NCBI RefSeq assembly: GCF_000002075.1
Contig: NW_004798575.1
Span: 5,359 to 69,358 of the forward strand
Source of the DNA: Aplysia californica
Taxonomy: Eukaryota
Direction of reading: 5' to 3'
DNA length: 64,000 nt
The position numbers were made by a program, and so were the translations under genes. The notes beneath the pieces were generated by a model that was given only the letters and a program-made list of their open reading frames with translations, made no database searches and had not been told where the DNA came from. Of this stretch, positions 1 through 11,058 are shown in pieces (position 1 is the stretch's first letter; each line of letters opens with the position of its first letter).

Positions 1-289
1 GGGGGGGGGTGGATAGGCCCCAGACAATTATTATTATACCTCCAGATGACCATTACTGCTGTGCACGCCAATCACAAGCTCGCGGCCTACTTTTTTTTTT
101 TTTACTGCTTTGGATGACGTGTGTTTGCCTGTCGTCATGGTTCACTTACCGCGGAGTCAACCCCGGCTCTATTTATAGCTGTATGCGATGTCGTGTCTAC
201 ACGATCTTTGGGTATACGCACAGAATTCTACACTTAGTACTAAGTGTAGAATACTGTGGGTATACGACAACGATATGTCATAATTTATG

Positions 290-526
290 CAGCCGAAACT
301 GTCTACGACGGCTAGCCAATATCCAGGAGAAAAGTCGTTGTCTTAGACAGACAGACGTATTACACAATGTCAGTAAAATGTAAAAAAAACACAACAACAA
401 CAGCAACGAAAGTTTTTTAAAAAGGGGGAAAAAAGCGCATGTGAGGAAATTGGATGTGATCGTTTGTACACATAAGTGATTGTCTTATACAGGTGGGAGT
501 TAGTTAGACTAGGTTAAATTCGACTA
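290..526. mobile_element. Degenerate MITE-like dispersed repeat; second copy at about 7635-7892
   Basis: Both copies share cagccgaaac/cggtcgaaat...ggagaaaagt...tgattgtctt...gttag...taggt; ends resemble CAGTCGAA/TTCGACTG inverted termini. Confidence 0.45.
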
Positions 527-659
527 TATTATGCTCCTTGGCCGGGACTCCTGCATCCACAAACTACCAAGCTTCCTTTTTGACCCTGTGTTTAAAATAA
601 AAAAGAGGAAGAAAAATAATATAGGTATTTACAACTACCCATCGACACAGTTAAGATCA

Positions 660-857
660 TTTAGGAGGCGGTCTTCCGATCCTGCCTGTCATGAGGACCA
701 GCTCGGGCCTAGAGGGACACAAATACCATACAGTATATCCAATCAGAAGGACTGTCGAGATACATTGTACTTATTATTGGTACAAATTCTGCCCACTCGG
801 GAATCAAACTCGGATCTCTTGCATGCGACAGTGAAGCACCTAACCGCTACACCACAG
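660..857 (-). mobile_element. tRNA-derived SINE (family 1)
   Basis: Minus strand reads ctgTGGTGTAGCGGttaggtgcttcac...gaGTTTGATTCCcgag (Pol III A and B boxes); no complete cloverleaf; related copies at 1028 and 14918. Confidence 0.65.
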
Positions 858-1027
858 ACTCTGGTTTGTACCAGAGCAGAACTCGAGAGGAACACCCGCA
901 CACGTTTTAATTGTATACCTTGGCCATCAATAATTTGTTTATAGAGGCACCAGCCATCCATGTCCAGGTGCTGTTTTAATCTTTAATTCTATATACATGT
1001 ATAATAATGTATCATGTACACCAGTGC

Positions 1028-1215
1028 CGGTGGTGTAGCAGTTAGACGCTTCGCTGACGCACCCAGGAGAACCAAGTTCGATTCCCTTGGGGAGAAACTA
1101 CAATAATAATAATATAGTTATGGAGTAGCTCGGTCTTCCTGCTGGGATATAATGATATATCCTTCACAGCCGGATTTGTCCTGTAGGCTTGAGGCAGGGT
1201 CGGCCTACTAAATTA
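1028..1215 (+). mobile_element. tRNA-derived SINE (family 1)
   Basis: TGGTGTAGCAG A box and aGTTCGATTCC B box; body similar to the 660-857 copy. Confidence 0.65.
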
Positions 1216-3507
1216 TATAAATTATTGTGTCGATGGGGGCTTAAAAATACCTTTATATTATAGATAAAAGTATAATACAGGCGCTACCTGCTTGTACGAA
1301 AGATTCCCTACTACACGATCTTTGCTTGTACCCTGTCTTTCCCCTTGGCGCTCATATGACCTAATGCAGTCGCGAGCGCCGTAAAACTTCTACTAAAACT
1401 AAACGTGTCTATTCCCCCATGCTGTCTACACCCTTTGTCACTGATCCACAGGCGCACCGTTAGCTCGATTGGTGTCATGTTGAACATAGGATTAAATGAC
1501 CCTGTTGTGTACGAATCCCAGATTGAGCATTCTTGACCTCTTGTCATTTTGAGAAGTTTTTCAATGCTCTCAACCATATAGCTCGATCCTGTTGGAGCTG
1601 GAGACAAACATGAAATTCGAAGTCCCTGCCTCTTAAATAACATGATAGTTTTGAAAGGAAAGGGGCGTTAGGCCAAGACTGTAGACATTTTACTGCTCCA
1701 TTGTTCCAGAAGTCCTTTATGTTCTCCAGACNNNNNNNNNNNNNNNNNNNNNNNNNNNNNNNNNNNNNNNNNNNNNNNNNNNNNNNNNNNNNNNNNNNNN
1801 NNNNNNNNNNNNNNNNNNNNNNNNNNNNNNNNNNNNNNNNNNNNNNNNNNNNNNNNNNNNNNNNNNNNGAGGGNNNNNNNNNNNNNNNNNNNNNNNNNNN
1901 NNNNNNNNNNNNNNNNNNNNNNNNNNNNNNNNNNNNNNNNNNNNNNNNNNNNNNNNNNNNNNNNNNNNNNNNNNNNNNNNNNNNNNNNNNNNNNNNNNNN
2001 NNNNNNNNNNNNNNNNNNNNNNNNNNNNNNNNNNNNNNNNNNNNNNNNNNNNNNNNNNNNNNNNNNNNNNNNNNNNNNNNNNNNNNNNNNNNNNNNNNNN
2101 NNNNNNNGNNNNNNNNNNNNNNNNNNNNNNNNNNNNNNNNNNNNNNNNNNNNNNNNNNNNNNNNNNNNNNNNNNNNNNNNNNNNNNNNNNNNNNNNNNNN
2201 NNNNNNNNNNNNNNNNNNNNNNNNNNNNNNNNNNNNNNNNCCGAACACCCTGAACAGTGGTCAGCCACAGAAAATAACCATTTCATTTGAAGAGAATTAA
2301 GGAGGTAACAGATCTCACAAGGGAAAGAGTTTTAAAAGTTGAATCTCCAACTCAGTGCTCCAAACTTAGAAAAAGCTTAATTGTTGGCCCTTCCCGGAAA
2401 CAATTTTAGGGCCGGGGTGTGTATTATTGTTGTAGATCTTGGTGAAGGCTCAAGGCCTACTGTGACAGAACTCTGAACGCTAATTCCCGTTTTCTCCTAT
2501 AAGATGGAGGACGACGAGGAGGATTATTATGACGATCATTGGGATGACGACTATAACAGTGACGGACCCAGCATTATCGCCCTGTGCGTACCAGAGGACA
2601 AATCCCAGACCAGAACTTCGTGCTCCTGTACAAACGGAGATATCTTAAAATCAAGGCTTGGACGATATTCACTTGGACTTAGTGTAGCGGTAAGAATAAT
2701 AATTTTATTAAAAAATGTTGGACAAAAATAATATCGTTTGGTCTTTGTAAAAAGTAAATCGTTTTTGGTTGTTGTTGCTTTGTTGTTTTTTTTTTGGTGT
2801 CCATGCGTTCAATTCAGATAACCCAGCCTTAGTTACTAGGCTACTGCATTTTTCGAAGTCCTTGACTGATATTTTCGAGTGGATGGTCATCCCAGTGCAA
2901 TTTATAAAAAGTAGATTCTTACTAGATCTACATCCTATACATTTCACAGTTAATTATTCTAATTCTCGAAAGTAATTCCTATATATAACTATAACCCACC
3001 CAGCTCTATCTTATCCTTTAATAAGATGTTTTCAATATATTTGTTGTGGCCAACACAATAAGTGAAGTTTTGAAAAGTCTAGGCCTACAAGTACGAGAAA
3101 AAAGGGGGAAATTAGCCGACAATTTGACTATCCGCTAGGCCTTGATCTACAATAGGCCTAAGACGCTTTTTTAGCCTACTCTTTTTTGAAGCACCGGCAT
3201 CTCGTTCATTGTGCAATACGTCGACAATTAAGCTTGCCTCTTTGTCTCGCAAACTTTGTCCATAACGTGGAGAACGCTAAGAGAATGTTACTAAAAACAA
3301 GCAAAAATAAAGGGGACACGTGTTATCAAGTTATGTCATCAAATTTGAAAAGTAATTCAAGTAAAACAATAAATTGTGCATGCTGGATGGATGACTAAGA
3401 AAAGCAAAGCTGTACGGGTTAACCTACCCTACAGATAGCGCTACAGATCTTTGGAACGAAAGTGAAAAACCTGGCAAACCAAGCCAGATTTCCATTTTCG
3501 GAGCAAC

Positions 3508-3531
3508 ATGGCTGAACGCGATAGTGAACCT
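3508..3531 (+). CDS. eIF4E: eIF4E coding exon 1 (MAERDSEP)
   Basis: caacATGg good Kozak context, followed by donor cct|gtaag; phase 0 matches exon 2. Confidence 0.88.
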
Positions 3532-6500
3532 GTAAGAAATCCTTTTCATATTTTGTTCCTTTCACTTGGATATTTTAAATATATGTGGTTTCAGTCTTGT
3601 TTATGAATGTCCATTTTCCATTGTACAATATTCAGGGTAAATATGATTTCGAAATTTCAACCTGTCATCCTTCCAGTATGGAAAGAAAAACGGTGCGGTC
3701 TCGTTTCTGTCACTGTTGACGCTGACAGCACGGCATGAGAGACACGAGTTCACGCCGGCAATAAACAGTCCAGACTTATCTTCTAAAATGTACCTATACC
3801 GTACTGTATATCTGGGTTGTTTCAATTAATTTTGTATTTGAAGAGAATTCTGGTCGGCTATTGAGTAGGGGAATTACGTTTACGTTGTCTCTTCTCTAAG
3901 AGTGGATTTAGACCCTCTAGTTTGTAGTGTAATCGAGTCTGGAAGATGTTTCAAAGTTTGGTTAGAGAATGTTGAGCTGACTTTTTTGTCATGAACTTGT
4001 TGGCCTTGGCAATGAGGCTTATGACTATGACTAGATCAGTCTAGATTAGATATCTAGATCTAGATCTTAGACTTTGAGATTTTTTGTCCAGGCATTTTGC
4101 TTTGTTAGATTTTGTTTCCACTGCTGGATAATCCAACTGCTCATGATTAGCCTAGTTACCTGGTTGATAGAATGCCTGTGACTGTGACAGTGAAGTGTGA
4201 AGGTCGGTCCATGGCATCAAAATATGTTGCATTGTTTTAGTCTTAGCCTAGAGAGACTAATTATTTACTTATTTTTGCTATTCTGTATGAGATGTCAATG
4301 AACATGTTTGCACTGTGTCTTGAAAAGTAGTTGCTCCCAAGTTTTTTTTGCTTTCTAAGACAGGGCAAGGGTCAATTCAAATTGGTTCATTTTTCTTGCA
4401 GTACTCAGTAGCGAAGATGTGGAAGCTTTTCTGACTCTGCACCTGTAACGATTGTCTAGATCTAGATCTAGGCCTAATTTTTTTTTTTTTAAACGATCTT
4501 TTGGTAAGATTGTACTTTACCGGACCACCGGTCGGAACTACTTTCGCTATGGCGCCCCTGGTGCCTAGTGGCCTGCTATTCTTCGTTTCCGAGCTCCCCT
4601 ACTCACTCTCTTACTCAGTTTTCTACGTCCTCACTCTTCAACTGCCAGCAATCGACTGACGTCTATTACCGGGTTTTTCAGTCATCACGACCATGCCCTT
4701 TGACCCATGACCCTGACATCTTGAGGCTAATTGGTCAATCTAATCACGTGGTCCACTATTCATATATTTGCTCGCAACTCTGCTGGCCTGGCCTAGGCCT
4801 ACTCCTGGTCCGGCAAAGTACAATGGAGGGCTAGAGACGAGATGCGCACGAGAGCTCATTTGCATAATTGCAACCCCCTCGGCCCTGCTCGCGACTTGGC
4901 GAATATCTACCCCGATTGTCCGTTCATGCTTTTGTTTATAATATAATGTGCGTGTGAGTGTCTTTAAATTATTGTTGCCAGGGGGGCTAGCCCCCCTGAA
5001 ACCCCCCCCTCCCCCCACTGTTGTTACATTGATATGTAAACACGACTGTCCGCTCATGTTATTGTTTCGCATTTTTGTGTTTTCTTTATTATAGTTTCCA
5101 GGGGGGCAAGCCCCCCTGAATCCCCCTCCCCACTGTTGGTATGATACACCATGGTCCACCAAAGTTAAATCCCCTGCCCACTCTCAACCACCAACTCTCG
5201 CTCACCTCGCCTCGCCAGTTGCCGCTGGCTTGCGCTGTAAGTGCGCGAAGTCGCCCGCGGAACTACCTTTTGTCCGCACTCAGAGTACTATGACTATGAG
5301 AGCGTAGTTAGGCTAGGTGTGCGTAGTAATCACGGGCCGAGACGGGTGGTCCGGTAAAGTACAATCCAGCTGATCTTTTTTTTTACTGGATTTGTCTCCA
5401 TTGGTTTGGTTTGTCTTTGTGCGAAAAGTTTGAAGATGAATGATAATATTGGTGTGAATTCATAGAGGCTTTACAGACAGTTCTGCATCAATTTTTATTA
5501 AAAATTTTATTTCAAAAGTATTTGATTACATTGATTTCAATGTGTATAAATGGATTATGTTCTGATGTCTGATGTTCGTTTTTCTTCTTTCCAGCGAGTG
5601 AATATCATCCGACCTGATGATGAGCCAGAAGTGGAGGAGGAGAGAGTTCCTGATCCCGACATGGTGATCAAACACCCGCTACAGAACTCATGGGCTATGT
5701 GGTTCTTCAAAAACGACAAGTCACGAGACTGGAAAGACAACCTGAGGGTGATCACCACATTCGACACTGTTGAGGACTTTTGGGGGTATGTTCTGTTCTT
5801 AGTGCGTGTTTTTGTGGAGTGTGAAACTGGAAAGTTTTGTGAAATAAGATATGTCTTTATTGTCCAGATCCTGGCACATTGGTTTGGTGTTTCACCATGT
5901 ACACACATATATACGCACATACACTTACACACACAAACATGCACAGACACGCAGGCTTACAGTCACACGCATTCAGTAATAAAAACAATAATCTTTTAAG
6001 CTAGATACATACGTACTCGGTATTCTGATTGTAACTCAAATGTGATTCTTATATACATGCTCTAAGATTATATGAATACTTGTAACAAGGGTGTGTTTGA
6101 TGGCTCTCCAGGTCTACTAATTTGTTAGTAGTAATGTTAACTGGACTGTATTGACCACAGGTGTCAAACTCGTGGCCCGTGGGCTGGTAAGAATTCTATG
6201 TAACCCGTTCTGAGAATCTTGACAACATAAAACCTTTTTCCAAAATAAACATGAATTTGTTGCCATGGAAATATGTCGAACATCTGGCTCTTACAAATTT
6301 GCATGACAAGCGTGAAAATTTATTTGTCTTGATTTGTTACTCTCTTTTTTAATCTGTTTTAATTTGGCATGTCAATGTTTTAAAAAGGTTTAGTTCACTA
6401 CTGCTCGGTGAGTGTTTTTATCCCGTTTGGCCTGCAACCTGAAATTTGAGCTGAGCTGACCCGCTGAGGGATTGAGTTTGACACCCCCTAGTATAGATCA

Positions 6501-9500
6501 TCGTATTAAGCTCAGTAGTCATGCTGCGGATGGCCTAAAAAAGTCTGATATATGTGAAATATTTTGAGTCATCAAAGATTGTATTTTATTGAAGGCTTTG
6601 TTTGTTGAAGTTATGTTATATATAGCAGGTCTGTGGTACACTCTGATAAATTCATTCATTGTTATAATATAACTATTTTTTATTTCCATTTTCAGTGTTT
6701 TTACAAATTGGCTCTTAATTTCTTTTTTTCAGCTTGTACAACCACACACTTCCAGCTAGCAAATTACAGTCAGGCTGTGATTACAGCGTGTTTAAGGTAA
6801 ACGAGAACTGGTTGTTTATTATGGTCTTGTTGACTCTTTTTATTGCCTCGTTCGATCTATTATTGTTAGATATGATGTGGATAGGTGGTTGGCGGGTGCT
6901 CTGGTGTGGTTTGTTTTTTCTGTTCTATCAGACGTCTATCGTTCTTATCTCTCCTTTTTTTGTGTTTGTTACTCTCTTGTAATACCTGTAACCTTTGGTG
7001 TTTATTTATAGGACCTAATTGTGCTGCATGTGCCGTAAAATACTTACTAAAACAAACAAGAACTGAAGTGACATTTTTTTTCTCTATTTACTTTCAAAAT
7101 CCTATGCTATGTTTATTCTTCAATCTGACTGTTCTCCTCCTCCTCCTCCCCCTCCCCCCACCTTTAGAATCTCCTCTCCCACCTCCTCCCTAACCCCTCC
7201 TTTAGAATCTCCTCTCCAACCTCCTCCCTAACCCCTCCTTTAGAATCTCCTCTCCCACCTCCTCCCTAACCTCCCACCTTTAGAATCTCCTCTCCTACCT
7301 CCTCCCTAGCCCCTCTCTTTCCCTACTTGGGAGGAATACTGTTGTTAGTTTTGAAATTCTCTCATACTTTTTGATGACAGACATAGATGCTTGAATCTGT
7401 TTTGTGCTTCTTTCTGAATTTCAATTTAGGTGTCCCCTGTTAACCTCTTTGCTGCTCCCTCACATCATCATCATGTTTTTGTTATTTCTCTCTTTTTTCC
7501 CTAGGCCGGCATCCAGCCTATGTGGGAGGACGCACAGAATAAGAAGGGAGGAAGATGGTTGATCAACCTGAACAAAACTCAGCGCCAGACACATTTAGAC
7601 GATTTCTGGTTAGAAACGGTGAGTGTCGGTACCTCGGTCGAAATTGTGTAAGACGGCCCACCTATTTTCAAGGAGAAAAGTGGATGTCTTGCACAGTGTC
7701 GTTATAGTGTGTACAAAAAAAAAATACCCTGCAAGGGTGGGAATGGGAAATGATTGTTTGTACAAATGATTGTCTGTTTTTACAGATGATTGTCTGTTTT
7801 TAACAGATGATTGTCTGTTTTTAACAGATGATTGTCTGTTTTTACAGATGATTGTCTTCTACACGTGGCAGTTAGAATAGGTAAATGAACTGTACTTCCC
7901 TTTTTTACTCTTTATGTACGTGCTTGAAGTAGTATTTGGCTTGTGTGGTGTGCTGAACATTGAGCCTATGACAAGTCTTAAGAATGTGACAACTATTCTA
8001 TCAGTCTCTGCAGTTCCCAAGTTCCTCCAGATAAAGTCTATTTTAAGTAATTTGATCTCATAGTCATGCTGTTGTCTCTTCTATACTTCTTCTAAGTTCT
8101 ATGACTTTTTATTTCTCTGCAAATTTGTTCATCATTTCTACTGAATCTAATGTTGAGTGGATGACTCTTGTGGTGTTATGCTTTTGTTGTAGAACCCCAA
8201 AAAATAAAATAAAACATGAATCTAATGTTCCATACACTGGTTGTTGTAGTAGTAGGTTCATAGTCATGAGCTGAGGACCGTAGGCCTAGTGTCCTAAAGC
8301 CTCTCATTTAGAAATGTGGCATCTAAGCAATGTGTTGACTGATATCGATGGTTCAGTTGTGTGTAGACTTTTGTGAATATATGGGTTCACATGTAGAAAG
8401 TGGAATGTATTGTTAATGTTTTCAACAATTTCGTCTTATTTGATGGCTGCATTCTACTAAGAATTATTGGCCTGGTGGGGCGAACTGGAATTTTGTAGTT
8501 TTACTGTTATTATTATAGGATCTTTGATAGCAGATATCATGCTGGTAGTTATGTATCACGAGTATGTGGATGACCTGATTAAACAAAATAATTTTTTGGT
8601 GTTATTTACCTTTCCCTGGAGTATTGCTTAATTGATTTTATAGTTTTACTGTTGCCTTATATGATCTGTTGCTGTGTGCGTCATTTATGACTGTATCTTT
8701 GACCCAATTCTTATGAAGTTATCCATGTTTTCCCTCAGCTTTTATGTTTGATTGGTGAGGGCTTCGACGAACATTCAGAAGAGATCTGTGGTGCTACTGT
8801 AAATATAAGAAACAAAGGAGACAAACTTGGATTGTGGACTAGAGATGCACAGAAGACTGAAGCCACAAAGAAAATTGGGTGAGGAATACAAGAATGGTTT
8901 AAACATTTTTTTAAAATTGTCTTCATTTCCCCTTTTTAAGAAGTTTTGTTGTGTGTAAAATGAAATGATAAGATAAGATACATCTTTATTGTCCAGATCC
9001 TGGCACATTGGTTTGGTGTTCCACACACACACACACACGTGCACACACAAGTAGGCTTACAATCACATGCATAATATAAATGAGCAAGAATATAAACAAT
9101 AATAATCGTAAGCTAGATACACACTCAATGTTATTTTGATGCATGCTTTAAGGTCGTAAGTACACTAAACAAGATGGTTAAGATGGAAGCATTTTGATAG
9201 ATGATGGTAGAAATGACCTTCTGTATCTTTCTTTGTTACAGATCAGAAGCATGGGTCTTTTACTTCTGACTGATGTTTTTATTTTAGGGAACATGGGATG
9301 TTTGTTGTCTAAAGAGATGGAATTAATTTTCTTAGTTCAAGCTGTTATGTACAATTCATCCAAGTAAGGGAATGAAGATGTTGAAATTTTACATGCTTTC
9401 CGTATTAGTCGATTTAATTTTTCTTAAAATTTTGGTAGTTGTGGTGCTAGTTTTGCATGTCTGTCTCCTGGCCTTCAAGGTTACTTAAAGTAAATTGCTA

Positions 9501-10926
9501 TGTATATAGTAGTAGTAGTCAATTAATTTTTTTTAATTGACATTTTTTCTCAAGATTACTTTCCTGTTGCAGTAAAATAAATGCTTGTTTTTTGGGTTTT
9601 TTTTTTTTAATTCTTGCATTAACAGTACCCTAAATAGCTGTTTGGTCATTTGACCAGGTATATAATTTATTGTTGAAATGTCCTTTATTGTATTTTGCTA
9701 TACGCATTTAAAGAGCGTCCAATTGTTCAATGTTTTTGTATTTTGTATCTAAAGCTTTTATTTATTTGACATTTACAGAATCAAGTTGAAGGAATCCCTC
9801 AGTGTCCCTCCCAAAATTGTCATTGGATTCCAGGTAAGTTTGAGTATTCAATCTGGATGTTATTGTGATGAATACTGAATTGCATAGGTATATTATGATT
9901 GTAAAAAGAGAGACAGAGAAAAAGATTCAATAGAAGGGGTAAGAAGGCTGGGTATTCTGGATTTGTGAGTAAAAGAGAAGTAATGTGACACTGCTGGTCT
10001 GTTATGTAAGGCTATGTGTCATGGTTATGTACATGCAATCTTGAGGAAATGTTGAACACATGTTGCGTGCCCATTTTGTGGCTGCCTCAGGGCTGCCACC
10101 ATTATGAATGGCACGGTTTTCAGAAATACACAATCTAAGACTTGTGGCACACTCTGTCGTTCCTTCTGTTTCTTTAGTTTTTACAAAATTGAAGCTCACG
10201 GCCAATAACTACCCCATATATCGAAGTTTGACTACATTGATCTGATTCTACGTCTTTTCACATTTCTATTCTTATAATTAATTCATGGTGGAAAGTGGGC
10301 GCTATCGTGCTGTCTTGACAAATATATACAGATGTTCTGGCTCAGTATTTTTTTGGGTTCTTATAAGGGGGTGGGGTGGCAACAGGTTCAACTTTATAAT
10401 TTTTATTACTGAAGCACACAAGATATAGCATGTGGGGATTTGAGTACATTATACGATCTGGTACGCTCAATGCAAACACGCACTTAGGGTTTGGGTTATG
10501 AGGTCCTGAATTTTTTCTTTCACGTAAATTTTTTTAAAAATTTACAGCATAAGAAATTTTTTTTATATGTATCACAAAGATTTCTGCATCAGGCCAAGTT
10601 CGCTACCATGTGTGTGCTAGACTGTATATATCCCAAAACATTTACTTTTGCTTTGAAGAATTGTAACCTTTTCTGAGGATGTGTAGATTTCGTTTGTAAT
10701 TTTGAATTGTAAGGAATTCTTTTGAAAGGTTTTAGGTTCAGCTACTGAGCCAGTGGTTAGGACAATTTGTATTTAGCTCGGAATGACGTACATGAAACAG
10801 TGGATAACCCTGACTTTTGTCGTTGATTGTTGTTGTAATTTGTTTTGTTTTTGTCTTTATCCACAGGCCCACTCGGACACAGCAGGCAAGGCTGGATCGA
10901 CGGTGAAAAACCGCTTTACAGTATAA
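3508..10926 (+). CDS. eIF4E: Eukaryotic translation initiation factor 4E, class I cap-binding protein; 7 coding exons joined 3508-3531, 5595-5785, 6733-6796, 7505-7618, 8739-8878, 9779-9833, 10867-10926; 215 aa
   Basis: Manual splice gives MAERDSEP|RVNIIRPDDEPEVEEERVPDPDMVIKHPLQNSWAMWFFKNDKSRDWKDNLRVITTFDTVEDFWG|LYNHTLPASKLQSGCDYSVFK|AGIQPMWEDAQNKKGGRWLINLNKTQRQTHLDDFWLET|LLCLIGEGFDEHSEEICGATVNIRNKGDKLGLWTRDAQKTEATKKIG|IKLKESLSVPPKIVIGFQ|AHSDTAGKAGSTVKNRFTV*. All introns are GT-AG with consistent phases. Hallmark motifs HPLQ, TVEDFW, PMWED, GGRW are present, with Trp at both class I diagnostic positions. Confidence 0.97.
4503..5371. mobile_element. Non-autonomous DNA transposon (MITE) in eIF4E intron 1
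   Basis: Perfect 22-bp inverted repeat gattgtactttaccggaccacc (4508-4529) / ggtggtccggtaaagtacaatc (5345-5366); flanking 8-bp direct repeat gatctttt (4495-4502, 5372-5379); extra internal TIR-like copy at 4806-4824. Confidence 0.8.
5595..5785 (+). CDS. eIF4E: eIF4E coding exon 2
   Basis: Acceptor ttcttctttccag; encodes KHPLQNSWAMWFF...TVEDFW; donor gg|gtatg. Confidence 0.97.
5847..6080 (-). mobile_element. 3' tail of a LINE or LINE-related SINE, homologous to about 8970-9150
   Basis: Shared ataagata..tctttattgtccagatcctggcacattggtttggtgtt..(CA)n..aggcttaca..aagctagatac. Confidence 0.65.
6156..6490. mobile_element. hAT (Charlie-like) MITE
   Basis: Termini cacaggtgtcaaactc / gagtttgacacccccta; flanks gtattgac / gtatagat form an imperfect 8-bp TSD. 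Confidence 0.7.
6733..6796 (+). CDS. eIF4E: eIF4E coding exon 3
   Basis: Acceptor tttttttcag; LYNHTLPASKLQSGCDYSVFK; donor aag|gtaaa. Confidence 0.97.
6884..7065 (+). mobile_element. Dispersed retroposon 3'-end fragment (family 2); other copies at about 14643-14890, 16055-16565, 21305-21460
   Basis: Shared ggttggcgggtgctctggtgtggtttg...actctcttgtaa...gtgccgtaaaa...cttactaaaac with A-rich tail. Confidence 0.7.
7153..7312. repeat. Minisatellite, about 38-39 bp x4
   Basis: cctttagaatctcctctcccacctcctccctaacccct repeated. Confidence 0.9.
7505..7618 (+). CDS. eIF4E: eIF4E coding exon 4
   Basis: Acceptor ttttttccctag; AGIQPMWED...GGRW...FWLET; donor acg|gtgag. Confidence 0.97.
7748..7858. repeat. 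Minisatellite, about 20-21 bp x5
   Basis: acagatgattgtctgttttt repeated, inside the MITE-like repeat at 7635-7892. Confidence 0.9.
8739..8878 (+). CDS. eIF4E: eIF4E coding exon 5
   Basis: Acceptor ttttccctcag; LLCLIGEGFD...KGDKLGLWT; donor gg|gtgag. Confidence 0.97.
8966..9450 (-). mobile_element. 5'-truncated LINE (L2/Rex-Babar/CR1-like) ORF2 C-terminus plus 3' UTR
   Basis: Minus-strand translation ...KHPMFPKIKTSVRSKRPMLLICNKERYRRSFLPSSIKMLPS* resembles the HP...R...SF.P..I C-terminal motif of these clades; ends in a (tctta)n tail. Confidence 0.65.
9779..9833 (+). CDS. eIF4E: eIF4E coding exon 6
   Basis: Acceptor atttacag; IKLKESLSVPPKIVIGFQ; donor cag|gtaag. Confidence 0.95.
10867..10926 (+). 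CDS. eIF4E: eIF4E coding exon 7 (to TAA)
   Basis: Acceptor ctttatccacag; AHSDTAGKAGSTVKNRFTV*; Ser207 aligns with the Mnk phosphorylation site (mammalian Ser209). Confidence 0.96.
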   Translation, partial: AHSDTAGKAGSTVKNRFTV

Positions 10927-11027
10927 CAGCGGCAGATTGTTTAGTCAGACTCCCTTGTTGTTCATTCAAACGACTGCTACACACACGCATACACACACTC
11001 ACACACACACACACACATACACACACT

Positions 11028-11058
<31 letters not shown>

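Noticed and set aside
1311-1731. Minus-strand ORFs next to the first gap
   Set aside because: No recognisable motif, truncated by Ns; cannot tell an exon from a transposon remnant.
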